Part shown: positions 1 to 11,199 of the stretch, in pieces
How the letters are laid out: each line of letters starts with the position of its first letter
How positions within the stretch are numbered: position 1 is the stretch's first letter
Program-made: the position numbers and the translations under genes
The notes under the pieces: generated by a model
What the model saw: only the letters and a program-made list of their open reading frames with translations
The model's database searches: none
Told to the model about the DNA's origin: nothing
Origin: Octopus bimaculoides
Taxonomy: Eukaryota
Length of the DNA stretch: 34,626 nt
Assembly: GCF_001194135.2 (NCBI RefSeq)
Contig: NC_068999.1
Location: 5,763,090-5,797,715 of the forward strand
Reading direction: 5' to 3'

Positions 1-57
1 TATGTATGTATATACATTTCTTATACACATGCATATGCCTAAATCTCTCTCTCTCTT

Positions 58-106
<49 letters not shown>

Positions 107-319
107 ATGCATGTATGTATGTAGGCATATACAGATATACTAAATAATGTATGCAAGTACTAGCAGATATGAATGCATAATTGCATAACGAGAACATAAA
201 CGCAATCGAGTCAACATACGCAATATGCACAAATGTATACATACACGTATGCGTTTATGATATCATATGTATATGTGCATGAGTGCATGGTTGTATGTAA
301 ATGCACATATGTATAGATA

Positions 320-366
<47 letters not shown>

Positions 367-781
367 ATATATATATATATGCATGTGTAATATTATATAT
401 GTATTATCCTAAATGTGTGCGCATATATTTATATCCATCAGACAAATATATGTTTATATAATATTATGTTATATTATTCGAACAAATATTATGGTACTAG
501 CAGTAGATGTGAATGTTAGAAATGTGTTTCTCCACAATGTGTTCCAGGCTTCGATTCCACCGCTTGGTCTGTTACCCAAATGCTATTTTCTATAACTTCC
601 GGTCTATAACCTAAGGTCCGGCCGTAAAACATGGTAAATATTTTTATTTTTCATTCCCTTCGAAATTGCTCTTAACTGTGGTTTGGACTTTTGACTGTTC
701 CTTCTAGCATGTAAGGCGACCTGTTAAAGCTCACCTCTTTTTTTTTTGTTTAAATGTTCACTAATTATATATATATATATG

Positions 782-947
782 TATACGATAGGCTTCTTTC
801 AGTTTCGGTCTACCAAATTCACTCAGAAAGCATTAATCGGCCCGAGGCTAAAGTAGAAGACACTTGCCCAAGGTGCTACGGAGTGAGACTGAACCAGGAA
901 CAATGTAGTTGGAAAGCAAGCTTCTTACCACACAGCCACGCCTGCGC
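782..947 (-). mobile_element. SINE-A, 5' half (tRNA-like head plus central domain)
   Basis: Minus strand reads GCGCAGGCGTGGCTGTGTGGTAAGAAGCTTGCTTTCC...GGTTCAGTC...CACCTTGGGCAAGTGTCTTCTAC. It has A/B-box-like motifs and matches other copies at about 8103, 16420 and 16757. Confidence 0.85.
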
Positions 948-968
948 TATGTGTATGTACTAAATGTG

Positions 969-1270
969 AAGGTGCGCGGCCTAGTGGTTAGGGTGTTGCA
1001 CTCATGATCCCAGGACCATGAGTTCGATTCCCAGAGCGGGCGGTGCCCGGTGTTCTTGAGCAAAACACTTCCTTTCCCGTTGCCCCAGTCCACTCAGCTG
1101 TAAATGGGGGCACTCTGTGGTGGAATAGTTTTCGGATCGGGGAGAAATATTGACCCACTCACATAGCCAGACGGGTGGCGCCATTCGGAAGCTAAAACAG
1201 TGTGAAGCGCATCGTAGCCAGCGATGTATAACAACATGACAACTTGCGATAGATTGGACGGTACCGTGAC
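969..1270 (+). mobile_element. SINE-B, tRNA-derived SINE, near full length
   Basis: A box GGCCTAGTGGTTA (978-990) and B box GTTCGATTC (1022-1030), followed by TGTTCTTGAGCAAAACACTT...CCACTCAGCTGTAAATGG, typical of metazoan SINE central domains. Confidence 0.8.
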
Positions 1271-1364
1271 ATACAAAAATAACTTTTCCATACGCGAGTA
1301 CTTAAAAAATTCCCTAGTAAAAGTGTGTGTCTATATGAGTCTGTCACTTTCTGCTTCTCTCTCA

Positions 1365-1367
1365 CTT

Positions 1368-1448
<81 letters not shown>
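1365..1448. repeat. (CT)n microsatellite
   Basis: Direct inspection. Confidence 0.98.
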
Positions 1449-1454
<6 letters not shown>

Positions 1455-1879
1455 TATGTATGAAAACTTTTAACATACAAAAGTCGCTGTCCTTTTGATC
1501 TCAATATAAATGACATTCAAACTAGATTATTATATCGAGAGTGGAGTGGTTCTATGCACACCTGCTAATACATTATCTGTCTTCATTTATAATACAGACA
1601 CACATATATGTATGTGTGTCTGTGTATCTTTTAAAAACATTTAACTCTACTTGACTTACAGATGCGTTCCGTGTTTAATTAGGAATCCATCGAAACTTAG
1701 TCATTGACATTTTCTATGCACAAATTCGCACAGACTCTAACAGACGAAAACTAAAGTCATGTAAGCGAAAGCTACAGACGATCATACGCACATATACTAT
1801 AACCCAGAACTTACACATACACACACTCTCTCAAAATTATACATGTAAGTGCATCAGTATATATACACACATACATTCT

Positions 1880-2720
1880 TTGACTGTTTATACTTTTCAG
1901 CCCAAAGGCCGAGGTCGCCTGTTTTATCTCCTCTTCAATAGAGTTCGATTTTGGTGCCATCTTTTGTGTTTCTTGACGTGATGTACCCTCATCTGGGACC
2001 TTGGACTGCAGAAGTTGTTTCTTGAAAGTATCCCCGCCAATTCCATGCTGATCATTCTGATATTTTGCTGAGGTATTGAATAGCTTTGAGCCCTTAAATC
2101 CCAAGCTATTGCGGTACATGGTTCTCATATAGCTGGGATAGTTAGGTACCTTTGGAACTGTGTAGAGAAATCCAGCTCGGATTCCATACGTACATCACTG
2201 CATATCTTTCCTGTCTTCGTTCCAGGGAACAGAGTCGTAGCTTTCAGCCTCTCTCAGAAGCTCAGCTGTTCTATTGACAAACTTCCTTATGTAGTACCGC
2301 CGAACGGCCTAAAGTTCCGCTATTACTTTGACACTGTGTGCCAACCACAGTTAATAGGAGTAGTCCAGACAGCTGAGGACAAATGTTCTCCATAAAACCA
2401 GCACAGTTTCCTGGCCCCTTGTTCTGAAAATTCCCAGGATACATCTAACTATTCGCTTGAACTTTGCCACCATCTCGGTGATATATAAATGAAACGAGGC
2501 ATCGTTGCTCATATCAATTGCCAGATCACACACTGTACGTGACTCTGGGATTGCTGCTCCTTTTGGTCCAAGTATCTTTGCAGCATGATGGCACAAGCCG
2601 GCTGAGAGCGGAGGGCTTGGAAATTTCAAGCCAATAAATTCAGCAAAGTTAAACTGAAAACTCATTCCGTTAATAGATTATGTCTGGCCGTCTATTCCTG
2701 GTTGAGTTTATCCTTCCTTG
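1880..2720 (-). mobile_element. CR1-like (Jockey group) LINE, decayed 3' part of ORF2 plus 3' end
   Basis: Minus frames give IPESRTVCDLAIDMSNDASFHLYITEMVAKFKRIVRCILGIFRTRGQETVLVLWRTFVLSCLDYS, then an ERRQERYAVMYVW-like segment and YRNSLGFKGSKLFN...FKKQLLQSKVPDEG. These are typical post-RT motifs of CR1-like ORF2. Stops and frameshifts are present. Confidence 0.85.
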
Positions 2721-3297
2721 TAGAAAAGTGCTGAAATTGTCCTTTGAGGGTGACACATCCACTTACCATCCCTTACAGTGAGATCGTAGAGTAACGGACG
2801 GTAGGATCATTGTATAGACAACACTGGAACAGACAGACAGTACCATTAGCCGATGTATGTTGTTTTTATCTTCATCTGATCTGACTTAACGTTTATAAAA
2901 TGACTAACGAAATACTTGTGTGAGAACACTAACCGTAATCCACTCACTGTAACCAGTAAACGAACGAATGTGCACATACTGTATTTTATTAAAAATATGG
3001 GCTAAGCATGGTTACTACAATCAAGCAGACTTCACTTTCAAATTCATTACAAGAGTAAAAAATAACAAAAAAATGGTGGATGGGGGAAAATTAGTGCCTA
3101 AAATTAGTAATCCATGTTTATGGAGGCGTGAAGGAATCAATTAATGTGTTTTTTTTTCTTCTTTTTCTATTCATCTATTTAATACGCAATGAAGCATGGG
3201 AAAAAGGAAAATTGGGCAGTGAAAGGAAACAGAGAGAAACAGAAAAAACTTACGAAACCAAAAGAAGAAAATAAAATGTTGGAATGATTGAGAGTAA

Positions 3298-3298
<1 letters not shown>

Positions 3299-3365
<67 letters not shown>
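3299..3365. repeat. (AG)n microsatellite within a purine-rich tract (about 3200-3530)
   Basis: Direct inspection. Confidence 0.98.
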
Positions 3366-3369
<4 letters not shown>

Positions 3370-3613
3370 AAGAAACAGATTAGAGGGAGAAAGAGAAGAA
3401 AAGCGAAAGAGACTGATAAAAAGAGAGAGCGAGACAGAACGAAAAAGAGAGGAAGAGAGAGGGAGTATAGGGAGAAAGAAGTAGAGATATACAGAGATGG
3501 TCACAGACAGAGAAAAAAGAAAGTTCTAGAAACGCAAAAAAATTTAAATGAAGAATTTAGCATTTCACAAAAACAACATGGAAAATTATTGGGTTTGTAA
3601 CTTAAAATACGAT

Positions 3614-3739
<126 letters not shown>

Positions 3740-3880
3740 GCGCCTGGCAAAATGCTTTCGTCCGTCTATACGTTCTGTGTTCAAATTCCGCCGAGGTCGA
3801 ACTTTTTCTTCATCGGGGTCGATAAATTAAGTCCCCTTCCCTCTAAATTTCAGGTCTTCTGTCTATAGTAGAAGAGGATT
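3740..3880 (+). mobile_element. SINE-C, 5'-truncated and internally deleted copy
   Basis: TACGTTCTGTGTTCAAATTCCGCCGAGGTCGA...GGGGTCGATAAATTAAGT is the reverse complement of the copies at 6871-7075 and 7573-7720. Confidence 0.85.
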
Positions 3881-3890
3881 GCTGTTATTA

Positions 3891-4150
3891 TTATTATCTC
3901 TGCCTTAGCGAAGGCAGAGGTATTGTTTCCAGTCGCGTTTGTTCGTTTGTCTGTGGACACGATATCTCAAAAACCGCTGGATGGATTCGGATGAAACTTT
4001 CAGAGATGTGTGGCTATGTGATTGGCTCGAACTGTTTTGATTTTGGATCGATCCGGTACCGGACAAGGATTCTGGATTATTTTTTCTGTTTTCTTTTTTT
4101 TTTTTTACTTAATTTTTGAGAGCGGTCGGTTTCATTTTTAGTATATCTGA
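3891..4150 (+). mobile_element. Helentron-associated non-autonomous element (HINE/DINE-1-like)
   Basis: TATTAT start and an 8-bp hairpin CTCTGCCT-tagcga-AGGCAGAG (3898-3919). These are followed by GTTTGTTCGTTTGTCTGT, GATATCTCAAAAACCGCTGGATGGATTCGGATGAAACTTT and the palindrome CCGGTACCGG, the characteristic HINE layout as I recall it. Confidence 0.65.
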
Positions 4151-4284
4151 GATTCGTGTAACGCAGAGTTGCCAAGACCCACAACTGTATGTATAAATGC
4201 CTAGATGTATACATGCCTATATATGTATTTACACATACATACATACATACATACATACATACATACATACATACATACAAACAA

Positions 4285-4392
4285 AAGACCGTTGTTGATG
4301 TTGAAATTCCAACGCAGGAGCATCGGATCTAGATTAGAATCCGGTTCTTTCTCTATTGGCAAGAAACCTTGAAATAAAACTGAACAATGACA
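4285..4392 (-). repeat. Dispersed repeat D (unclassified)
   Basis: Reverse complement TCATTGTTCAGTTTTATTTCAAGGTTTCTTGCCAATAGAGAAAG...TTGGAATTTCAACATCAACAAC aligns to 8328-8430 on the plus strand. Confidence 0.8.
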
Positions 4393-4648
4393 TACATACA
4401 TATATATTTATGTTTCTATATATGTATATATATATACATACAGGGTGCGGTGAATACATTCATATTTTTCCACTGATGGAAAATAACTTAGGACACCTAA
4501 AATTATGCCCGAACCTTAAATGGTAGATGCTGCACAGTAACTTAGACCGCAAAGTTTTCATCAGAAATATTTAATGTAGAAGAGGGAAATAGTACTTGAT
4601 TGTCAGTTGGTGATATGATTTTATATATATGTCAATTAACCAAAACAG

Positions 4649-4653
<5 letters not shown>

Positions 4654-4742
<89 letters not shown>

Positions 4743-4782
4743 ACACACATATATATATATATATATATGTATGTGTGTATAT

Positions 4783-4846
<64 letters not shown>
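4654..4846. repeat. Compound (CA)n/(TA)n/(TACA)n microsatellite
   Basis: Direct inspection. Confidence 0.97.
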
Positions 4847-4849
<3 letters not shown>

Positions 4850-4874
4850 CCATGATCGACCACTAAAGCTTTTT

Positions 4875-5020
4875 TATTCTCTCTGTGTTTATTTTCTCGT
4901 GTTCCTTTCTGTTGAAGAGCGTAGGCTCGAAACATAAAGACTTTCTCACCTTCCCGAGCGTTAAACTAATACACTTGTTTGTTGTTTACACACCTGTCTT
5001 CGTCTTTTGTTTTTTTTTGT
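4875..5020 (+). mobile_element. Dispersed repeat with a hammerhead-like core, probably a Penelope pLTR-derived non-autonomous element
   Basis: TTCCTTTCTGTTGAAGAGCGTAGGCTCGAAACATAAAGAC...ACACCTGTCTTCGTCT. A second copy lies on the minus strand at 25400-25519. Confidence 0.6.
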
Positions 5021-5089
5021 ACGATCATGCGTCCAATACCTTAAACATTAGCCACGCGCTTCCACATTTCTATCAAGATACCTCAGTGG

Positions 5090-5195
5090 AAAGAATTCGG
5101 CTGGCCGAGGTACCGTAAGCTGAATCGAACCCCAAACAGAATGGTTGCGAAACGGTTCTTATTAATTGGACAACTCTCTGCCTTCACATAAGCAT
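5090..5195 (-). mobile_element. SINE-A head, highly diverged
   Basis: Reverse complement ...AATAAGAACCGTTTCGCAACCATTCTGTTTGGGGTTCGATTC...GGTACCTCGGCC loosely follows the SINE-A head. Confidence 0.4.
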
Positions 5196-5429
5196 CCTAA
5201 CGCGAGCGCACAACCAACTTTGTCTAAATGATGTGTATCAGTTACAAGTGAGAATCGAACTTGGCTCGTGGACCTTCGGTTCAGCGAAGGAACGATCTCA
5301 CAATCTCCCGTAACCCCTGTTTTTCCAGCTCACCACTTACCTATCGGAGTAGAATTAGTATATCGACAATGTTCTCTCCAACCTGTTATATACAAAAGAC
5401 TAATTATAAATTTACCGTACTTCACCAAT

Positions 5430-5498
5430 CTTCTTCTTCTTCTTCTTCTTCTTCTTCTTCTTCTTCTTCTTCTTCTTCTTCTTCTTCTTCTTCTTCTT

Positions 5499-5529
<31 letters not shown>

Positions 5530-5565
5530 TTGTTGTTATTGCTGCTGTTATCCTCACCACCACCC

Positions 5566-5606
<41 letters not shown>

Positions 5607-5699
5607 TTCATCATCATCATCTTTATCATCATCATCATCATCATCTTCATCATCATCATCATCATCATCTTCATCATCATCATCATCATCATCATCATC

Positions 5700-5765
<66 letters not shown>

Positions 5766-5854
5766 GTCATCATCACCACTCTTATTGTTGTAGTTATTAT
5801 CCCCAACACCACCACCACCACCACCACCACCATCGTCATCATCATCATCATCAC

Positions 5855-5901
<47 letters not shown>
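5430..5901. repeat. Compound trinucleotide array (CTT)n-(CAT)n-(CAC)n-(TAT)n
   Basis: Direct inspection; explains the poly-S/H/L/I/M/R ORFs. Confidence 0.98.
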
Positions 5902-5903
<2 letters not shown>

Positions 5904-5909
5904 TGCTTC

Positions 5910-6400
5910 TGCTTAATGAGAAAATCCAATTTCAATTCCGTTTTCCTTTGTTTTAGGTCTTCGTCTATTTTACTTGTTTTCTTGTTGTGCCGGTTCCAGA
6001 AATTGTTTAATTTTGGTTGGTTTGGTTGTAGAAATAGCAGAGAGATCTTCACAGTGGAATAGAGAAACAAATAAGTATTCCATGTGATTGAATTCTGATT
6101 GAATTCTGTGTTCTGCTTGACCTATAATTGAATATAGTTTAAAATATTGTAGTTACCAGATTGCACTTCTTATTATATCGTCACAGCTGACTGTGTGGGC
6201 GAATAGGGAGCCTGTATATACATACATCCGCATCTGGTGAACGAACGCTCTTCCTGTTCGTTTATCCTTATCCATTCTTTATATCTAATTCAGTAAGGAT
6301 CATAAATAGGGACACTACTGATTCATCTATTCCCACGAATCACGAGATTGTATTTTGGAAATGTCTTAGGGTTTTTCAGATGTTTTAGGGTCTTTTAGAT
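5910..6400 (-). mobile_element. Possible L1/Tx1-clade LINE ORF2 C-terminal relic
   Basis: Frameshifted minus translation EWIRINEQEERSFTRCG...SLFAHTVSCDDIIRSAIW resembles a decayed C-x2-C...H-x-C...W knuckle. Many stops. Confidence 0.35.
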
Positions 6401-6677
6401 GTTGGCTCGTAGCATGATCTTGGCAAGTTACAATTCGATACAATCTTATAGTCCAGGGTTTCAAAGTTGTCCGTATAAACCCCAGGAGGGGAATAAAATT
6501 TTGGTAGGGTTGATTACCATAGCGCTTAGGGCTTAGATCTGTTATGATCCCTCGTGCTCATAAAGCAGGAGATTAAGCCGTGATGGAGATTACAACACCC
6601 TCCCCTGAATGAGACGCTAGTCCATTGCAGGATTAACTTCCCAGTTATTGATGGAGGAGGGGGACAGTCCATCACCT

Positions 6678-6833
6678 CAACCCCAGTACGCAACTGGTAT
6701 TTACTTTATCGATCTCGAAAGGATGAAAGGCAAAGTCGACCTTGACAGAATTTGAACTCAGAGCTTGGCGGCAGACGAAATACTTCTAAGAATTTCGCCC
6801 GGTGCTCTAACAATTTTGCTAGCTCGCCACCTT
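6678..6833 (-). mobile_element. SINE-C copy
   Basis: Aligns to 6871-7075 and 7573-7720; B box GAGTTCAAATTC on the minus strand. Confidence 0.9.
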
Positions 6834-6834
6834 C

Positions 6835-6870
<36 letters not shown>

Positions 6871-7075
6871 CTTTTCTACAAGGCCCGAAATTTTGGGGGA
6901 GAGGGCCAGTCGATTAGATTGACTCCGGTACGTAACTGGTACTTAATTTATCATCCCCGAAAGGATGAAAGGAAAAGTTGACCTCGGCTGAATTTGAACT
7001 CAGAACGTAAAGGCAGACGAAATACCGCTAAGCATTTCGCCCGGCGTGCTAACGTGTCTGCCAGCTCTCCGCCTT
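6871..7075 (-). mobile_element. SINE-C, near full-length copy
   Basis: Minus strand AAGGCGGAGAGCTGGCAG...GAGTTCAAATTCAGCCGAGGTCAAC...GGGCCTTGTAGAAAAG, flanked on both sides by (TAA)n. Confidence 0.92.
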
Positions 7076-7076
7076 C

Positions 7077-7108
<32 letters not shown>

Positions 7109-7234
7109 NNNNNNNNNNNNNNNNNNNNNNNNNNNNNNNNNNNNNNNNNNNNNNNNNNNNNNNNNNNNNNNNNNNNNNNNNNNNNNNNNNNNNNNNNNNN
7201 NNNNNNNNNNNNNNNNNNNNNNNNNNNNNNNNNN

Positions 7235-7338
7235 GAAAAGTTGACCTCGGCTGAATTTGAACTCAGAACGTAAAGGCAGACGAAATACCGCTAAGCATTT
7301 CGCCCGGCGTGCTAACGTGTCTGCCAGCTCTCCGCCTT
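7235..7338 (-). mobile_element. SINE-C 5' half, identical to 6972-7075 (probable assembly duplicate)
   Basis: Base-for-base identity at an offset of 263 across an N gap. Confidence 0.85.
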
Positions 7339-7339
7339 C

Positions 7340-7384
<45 letters not shown>

Positions 7385-7572
7385 AAGACTGACAAGGTCA
7401 TGTAGCAGCAGCAGCAGCAGTAGTGTGAGTGCATACGTATACGTTACAGATCAATACTTTTCTCATTTTGGTCGATGCTATTTAAAGCGTGGGAAAAACC
7501 TTCACGGTGAGATGGGTAATTTTGATGCATGACAGAATGGTAATTAAATGTAGATGACATAACTAATCACAT

Positions 7573-7720
7573 GTACGCAACTGGTACTTAATTTATCGAC
7601 CCCGAAAGGATGAAACGCAAAGTAGACCACGGCGAAATTTGAACTCGGAACGTAAAGACAGACGAAATACTGCTGAGCATTTCGCCCGGGGCGCTAACGA
7701 CTCTGCCAGCTCGCTACCTT
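7573..7720 (-). mobile_element. SINE-C copy
   Basis: GTACGCAACTGGTACTTAATTTATCGACCCCGAAAGGATGAAA...TTTGAACTC...GCCAGCTCG. Confidence 0.9.
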
Positions 7721-8102
7721 ATTGAATACACGATATCACAATGTGATATCTTTTCGCCATCTTCCCTAAAACCTACGCAAGCCAAAGCTTAATTAGTTGC
7801 CAATTCCTGAAAATACCAATATAAATATATCGTCGGCTCAAATAATTGATGAGGTGATTAGATAAATATTTTGATTATCTAATTAATTAATTAATTATTT
7901 GAGTAATTAACCTCAGAGTGAACAGTGATTTTTTGAAATCCAATGATCTAATTTGTTTTTCTTTTGTATTGCATATTATCATCGATAATCAATTGCATAA
8001 AATTTGATTAAACTAATTAATTTTTACATAGGTAGGAATAATGTAGCAATCAGGTAAGAAGAGAAACCGAAGTTTTTGAGTAAAATCATAATTAATTGCT
8101 TA

Positions 8103-8811
8103 GGTGCAGGTATGGCTGTGTGGTTAAAAATCTCGTTTTGTAACTCAGAGAATTCGAATTTGGTTTCATCGCGTGGCAGTTTGGATAAGTGGCTTGTAGG
8201 ATGATTTAGCGGCAGAAGGAGGACATGATCGTACCAGCGCATGCGACGAATAGCTGTATGCATGCATGTATGTATATATGTATGTATATTTGTGCCTCTG
8301 TATGTGTGTGTATGCATGTATTTATATATGTCATTGTTAAGTTCTATTTCAAGATTTCTCGCCAATAGCGAAAGAGACGGTTTCTAACCTAGATTCAAGG
8401 CACCTTCATTGGAATTTCAACATTAACAACATGGCCTTTTTTGTATGTATGTATGTTTTATGTATGTATTCTCATATCTAGACATGCTCATATATAATTA
8501 AATGATAAACTTCTGGAAAGTTTTACAGATTTTTACAGTTCCAGTGATGGACTGGATCTGTATGCATGTATATATGTATATATATGCATGTGTGTGTTTG
8601 TGTCTTTGTGTCAGTGTTTGTCTACCTATCACTTGCCATCCAGTGAACCGGTTTTGGTTTCTGTACTTCCCCTTAACTTAGCGCTTCGACAAAAGAAAAA
8701 AAGTATCACATATAAAAATAAGTGGTGGGATCAATTTTTTGACTGAAACCCTTCAAGGTGGTCCTCCGGCATGGCTGCAGTCCAATGACTGAAACGGGTA
8801 AAAGATAAAAG
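8103..8811 (+). mobile_element. SINE-A copy interrupted by repeat D
   Basis: Head GGTGCAGGTATGGCTGTGTGGTTAA at 8103; 3' domain GTGTTTGTC...AACTTAGCGCTTCGACAAAAG...GCATGGCTGCAGTCCAATGACTGAAAC at about 8600-8811. Confidence 0.7.
8328..8560 (+). repeat. Dispersed repeat D (unclassified), longer copy
   Basis: Inverted match to 4285-4392; a weaker relative lies at about 15310-15410 on the minus strand. Confidence 0.75.
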
Positions 8812-10394
8812 ATGTATAATAAAATAGCATTTAAATGGAATTTATAGGAATTTTCTAATACCGGGATAGTTGTGTGGGTTAATAAATTTCTATTTAAACT
8901 TACCGGCTTTGGATCCAATCTCACGATATGGAACCAAGGACAAACGTCACGTTTCTTTCTCCCTCTGGCTTGATAAAGGGTTCATTCGAAAGGCCATGCC
9001 CCTACTTAAAAAAATTTTTTTTTTTGGCCTTCTTATTCGATGTTTCCAGCTTCTTGATGTCGATATTTTGTGCTTACATTTAGTCCCTTACATTCTGAAT
9101 TTTGACTACTTGTTGTACGTCCTGTGTGTCTCTAATTCAATTATTCCCTCATCGTTCCATTTGTGAATCTCTCCACATGCACACACGCACGCACACACAC
9201 ACACACACTTATACGTGCATGTACACAATCATACTTAGCACGTTCGTGCACACTCGAACGCGGGAAGACCTTTCAGGAGAAATTTCTCGATAGAAATTAT
9301 TCCTCATACAATTATGTGGATATGTAGAAAGAAAAATATATAGGCAGATATATAGATGGATATATAGAAAGACAAATAAATAAATTGATATTTGGATAGA
9401 GAGTCACATTTAACCATATATCAACAGAGAACTAGATAGATAAGCAGTTATGCACCTATATATGAAAAGAATAGGTGGGATTTTGTGGACGTAAATACAA
9501 TGAGGGATCAATTGAATGACGAACAGTTTAAAATGTTATCATTGCGTATCAAATGACATTATAAGGTTTCGCCATAGTCCAGGGATTGATACGGAACGTG
9601 TGTAAATCTGTGTGTGCGTATGTGTGTGAGCGTGTGTAAGTTTGTCTGTATGTGTATACATTTACACACACACACACACACATACACACACACACACACA
9701 CACATATGTATATGTATGCATATATATATATGAAAGCATATATATGTGTATGTCCGTGTGTATTTATATGTACATATATATATATATANNNNNNNNNNNN
9801 NNNNNNNNNNNNNNNNNNNNNNNNNNNNNNNNNNNNNNNNNNNNNNNNNNNNNNNNNNNNNNNNNNNNNNNNNNNNNNNNNNNNNNNNNNNNNNNNNNNN
9901 NNNGTGTGTGTGTGTGTGTGCGTGTGTGTGCGTGTGTGTGTGTGTATAGCACAGTGAATAAAATGGAATAAAAATGGGTGCATATACATACATACATACA
10001 TACATGCATATACATATACACAAATACACACACACACACACACACATGGATATACAGCACATACATATTCATATATACAATATGGTTGTGTATGTGTATG
10101 TGTGGGTACGCTTGAATATTCAGCGAAACTACTTTCACTTTTGATGTCACTTAAATATTAATAAACTAGAATGCGTTTTGGCGTTGAAGGTACGGGTATG
10201 ATTAATTAGGAATAAGTGGTATACTAAATGCATTGGTGGAAGGAAAAGTATGGCAGCTGCTTTAGAAGAATGCAAGAATAATGAAGGACAATAAAGCATT
10301 TTGGATAGATTGGTTGTTTGATGGGTGGTGGGGGAAGAAGAAAACAAAATGGGTTGTATAAAATGAAAATGAAACGTATGTATGATCGTTTTAC

Positions 10395-10395
<1 letters not shown>

Positions 10396-10466
<71 letters not shown>

Positions 10467-10550
10467 TTGTCTGTCTGTGTGTCTGTCTGTCGTCTGTTTG
10501 CCTGTTTGTCTGTCTGTCTATCTATCTGTCTGTTTATCTATCTATCTGTA
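10396..10550. repeat. (TATC)n/(TGTC)n microsatellite
   Basis: Direct inspection. Confidence 0.97.
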
Positions 10551-11199
10551 TGATACATATACATATATAATTATACTTGTATGTACACATACGGACGTAT
10601 GTATGTTATATCCACCGATACGCACATGCGCTCATATATCCATGCATACCAATATATACACATATATATACGTGTGTGTGTGTTTGGTTACGTCTGTGTG
10701 TTCCTATACGCATTCATGTAAAGTAGTCATAAAGAAGTAATACATACGAACATTGAACTATATTTTACGTTGAAAACATGTTTACAAATCCCAACCTCAA
10801 CTTCTATTTGTCGTACTTCATAAATGTTAAAAAAACAACCAAGCATAAATGAATAGCTGCCGGATTGCTAGGAAACCCAAATGTTCCAAAACCATAAAAG
10901 AACTTAATCCTCACCAACTGCATATTGGTTAATAACTTTGTTAGTTGCAATCAATACATTGATGAAAACTCCTCCATTCGATCTGTTTGAAAACTGATAG
11001 TTGAATAGAACCAGAACGAAAAATTGGGATATTTCTCATAAAATATATTTATTGATATGCTATTGATAAACAGTTAATGCTAGTGAGTGGGCGGCTGTAT
11101 AAGTTGTTATCAGTCAGTTTGGTGACTAGTCCTACTATAAAGGTACTTCATCACTGCCCCAGAGATATTTCATTTATTTTTAGGCGAAAATCTCTTCAA

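Noticed and set aside
969-1040. tRNA gene
   Set aside because: It has A and B boxes but no full cloverleaf and continues into a SINE body.
4438-4520. TACAGGGTG Tc1/mariner-like terminus
   Set aside because: No matching inverted end was found nearby.
5261-6070. Long ORFs of 231-264 aa on both strands (poly-S/H/L/I/M/R)
   Set aside because: These are translations of stop-free trinucleotide microsatellites, open in several frames at once.
6972-7371. Exact direct repeat 6972-7108 / 7235-7371
   Set aside because: Identical sequence on both sides of an N gap is most simply an unmerged contig overlap, not a biological duplication.
6678-7720. CRISPR-like repeat-spacer array
   Set aside because: The repeats are 150-200 bp SINEs and the spacers are microsatellites, in a eukaryotic context with no cas genes.
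7732-7750. Palindrome GATATCACA-A-TGTGATATC
   Set aside because: Isolated, with no second copy or supporting context.
8904-9001. Minus-strand exon ending CCG|GTAAGT
   Set aside because: All three frames contain stops from the nearest acceptor, and GTAAGT is expected by chance in AT-rich DNA.
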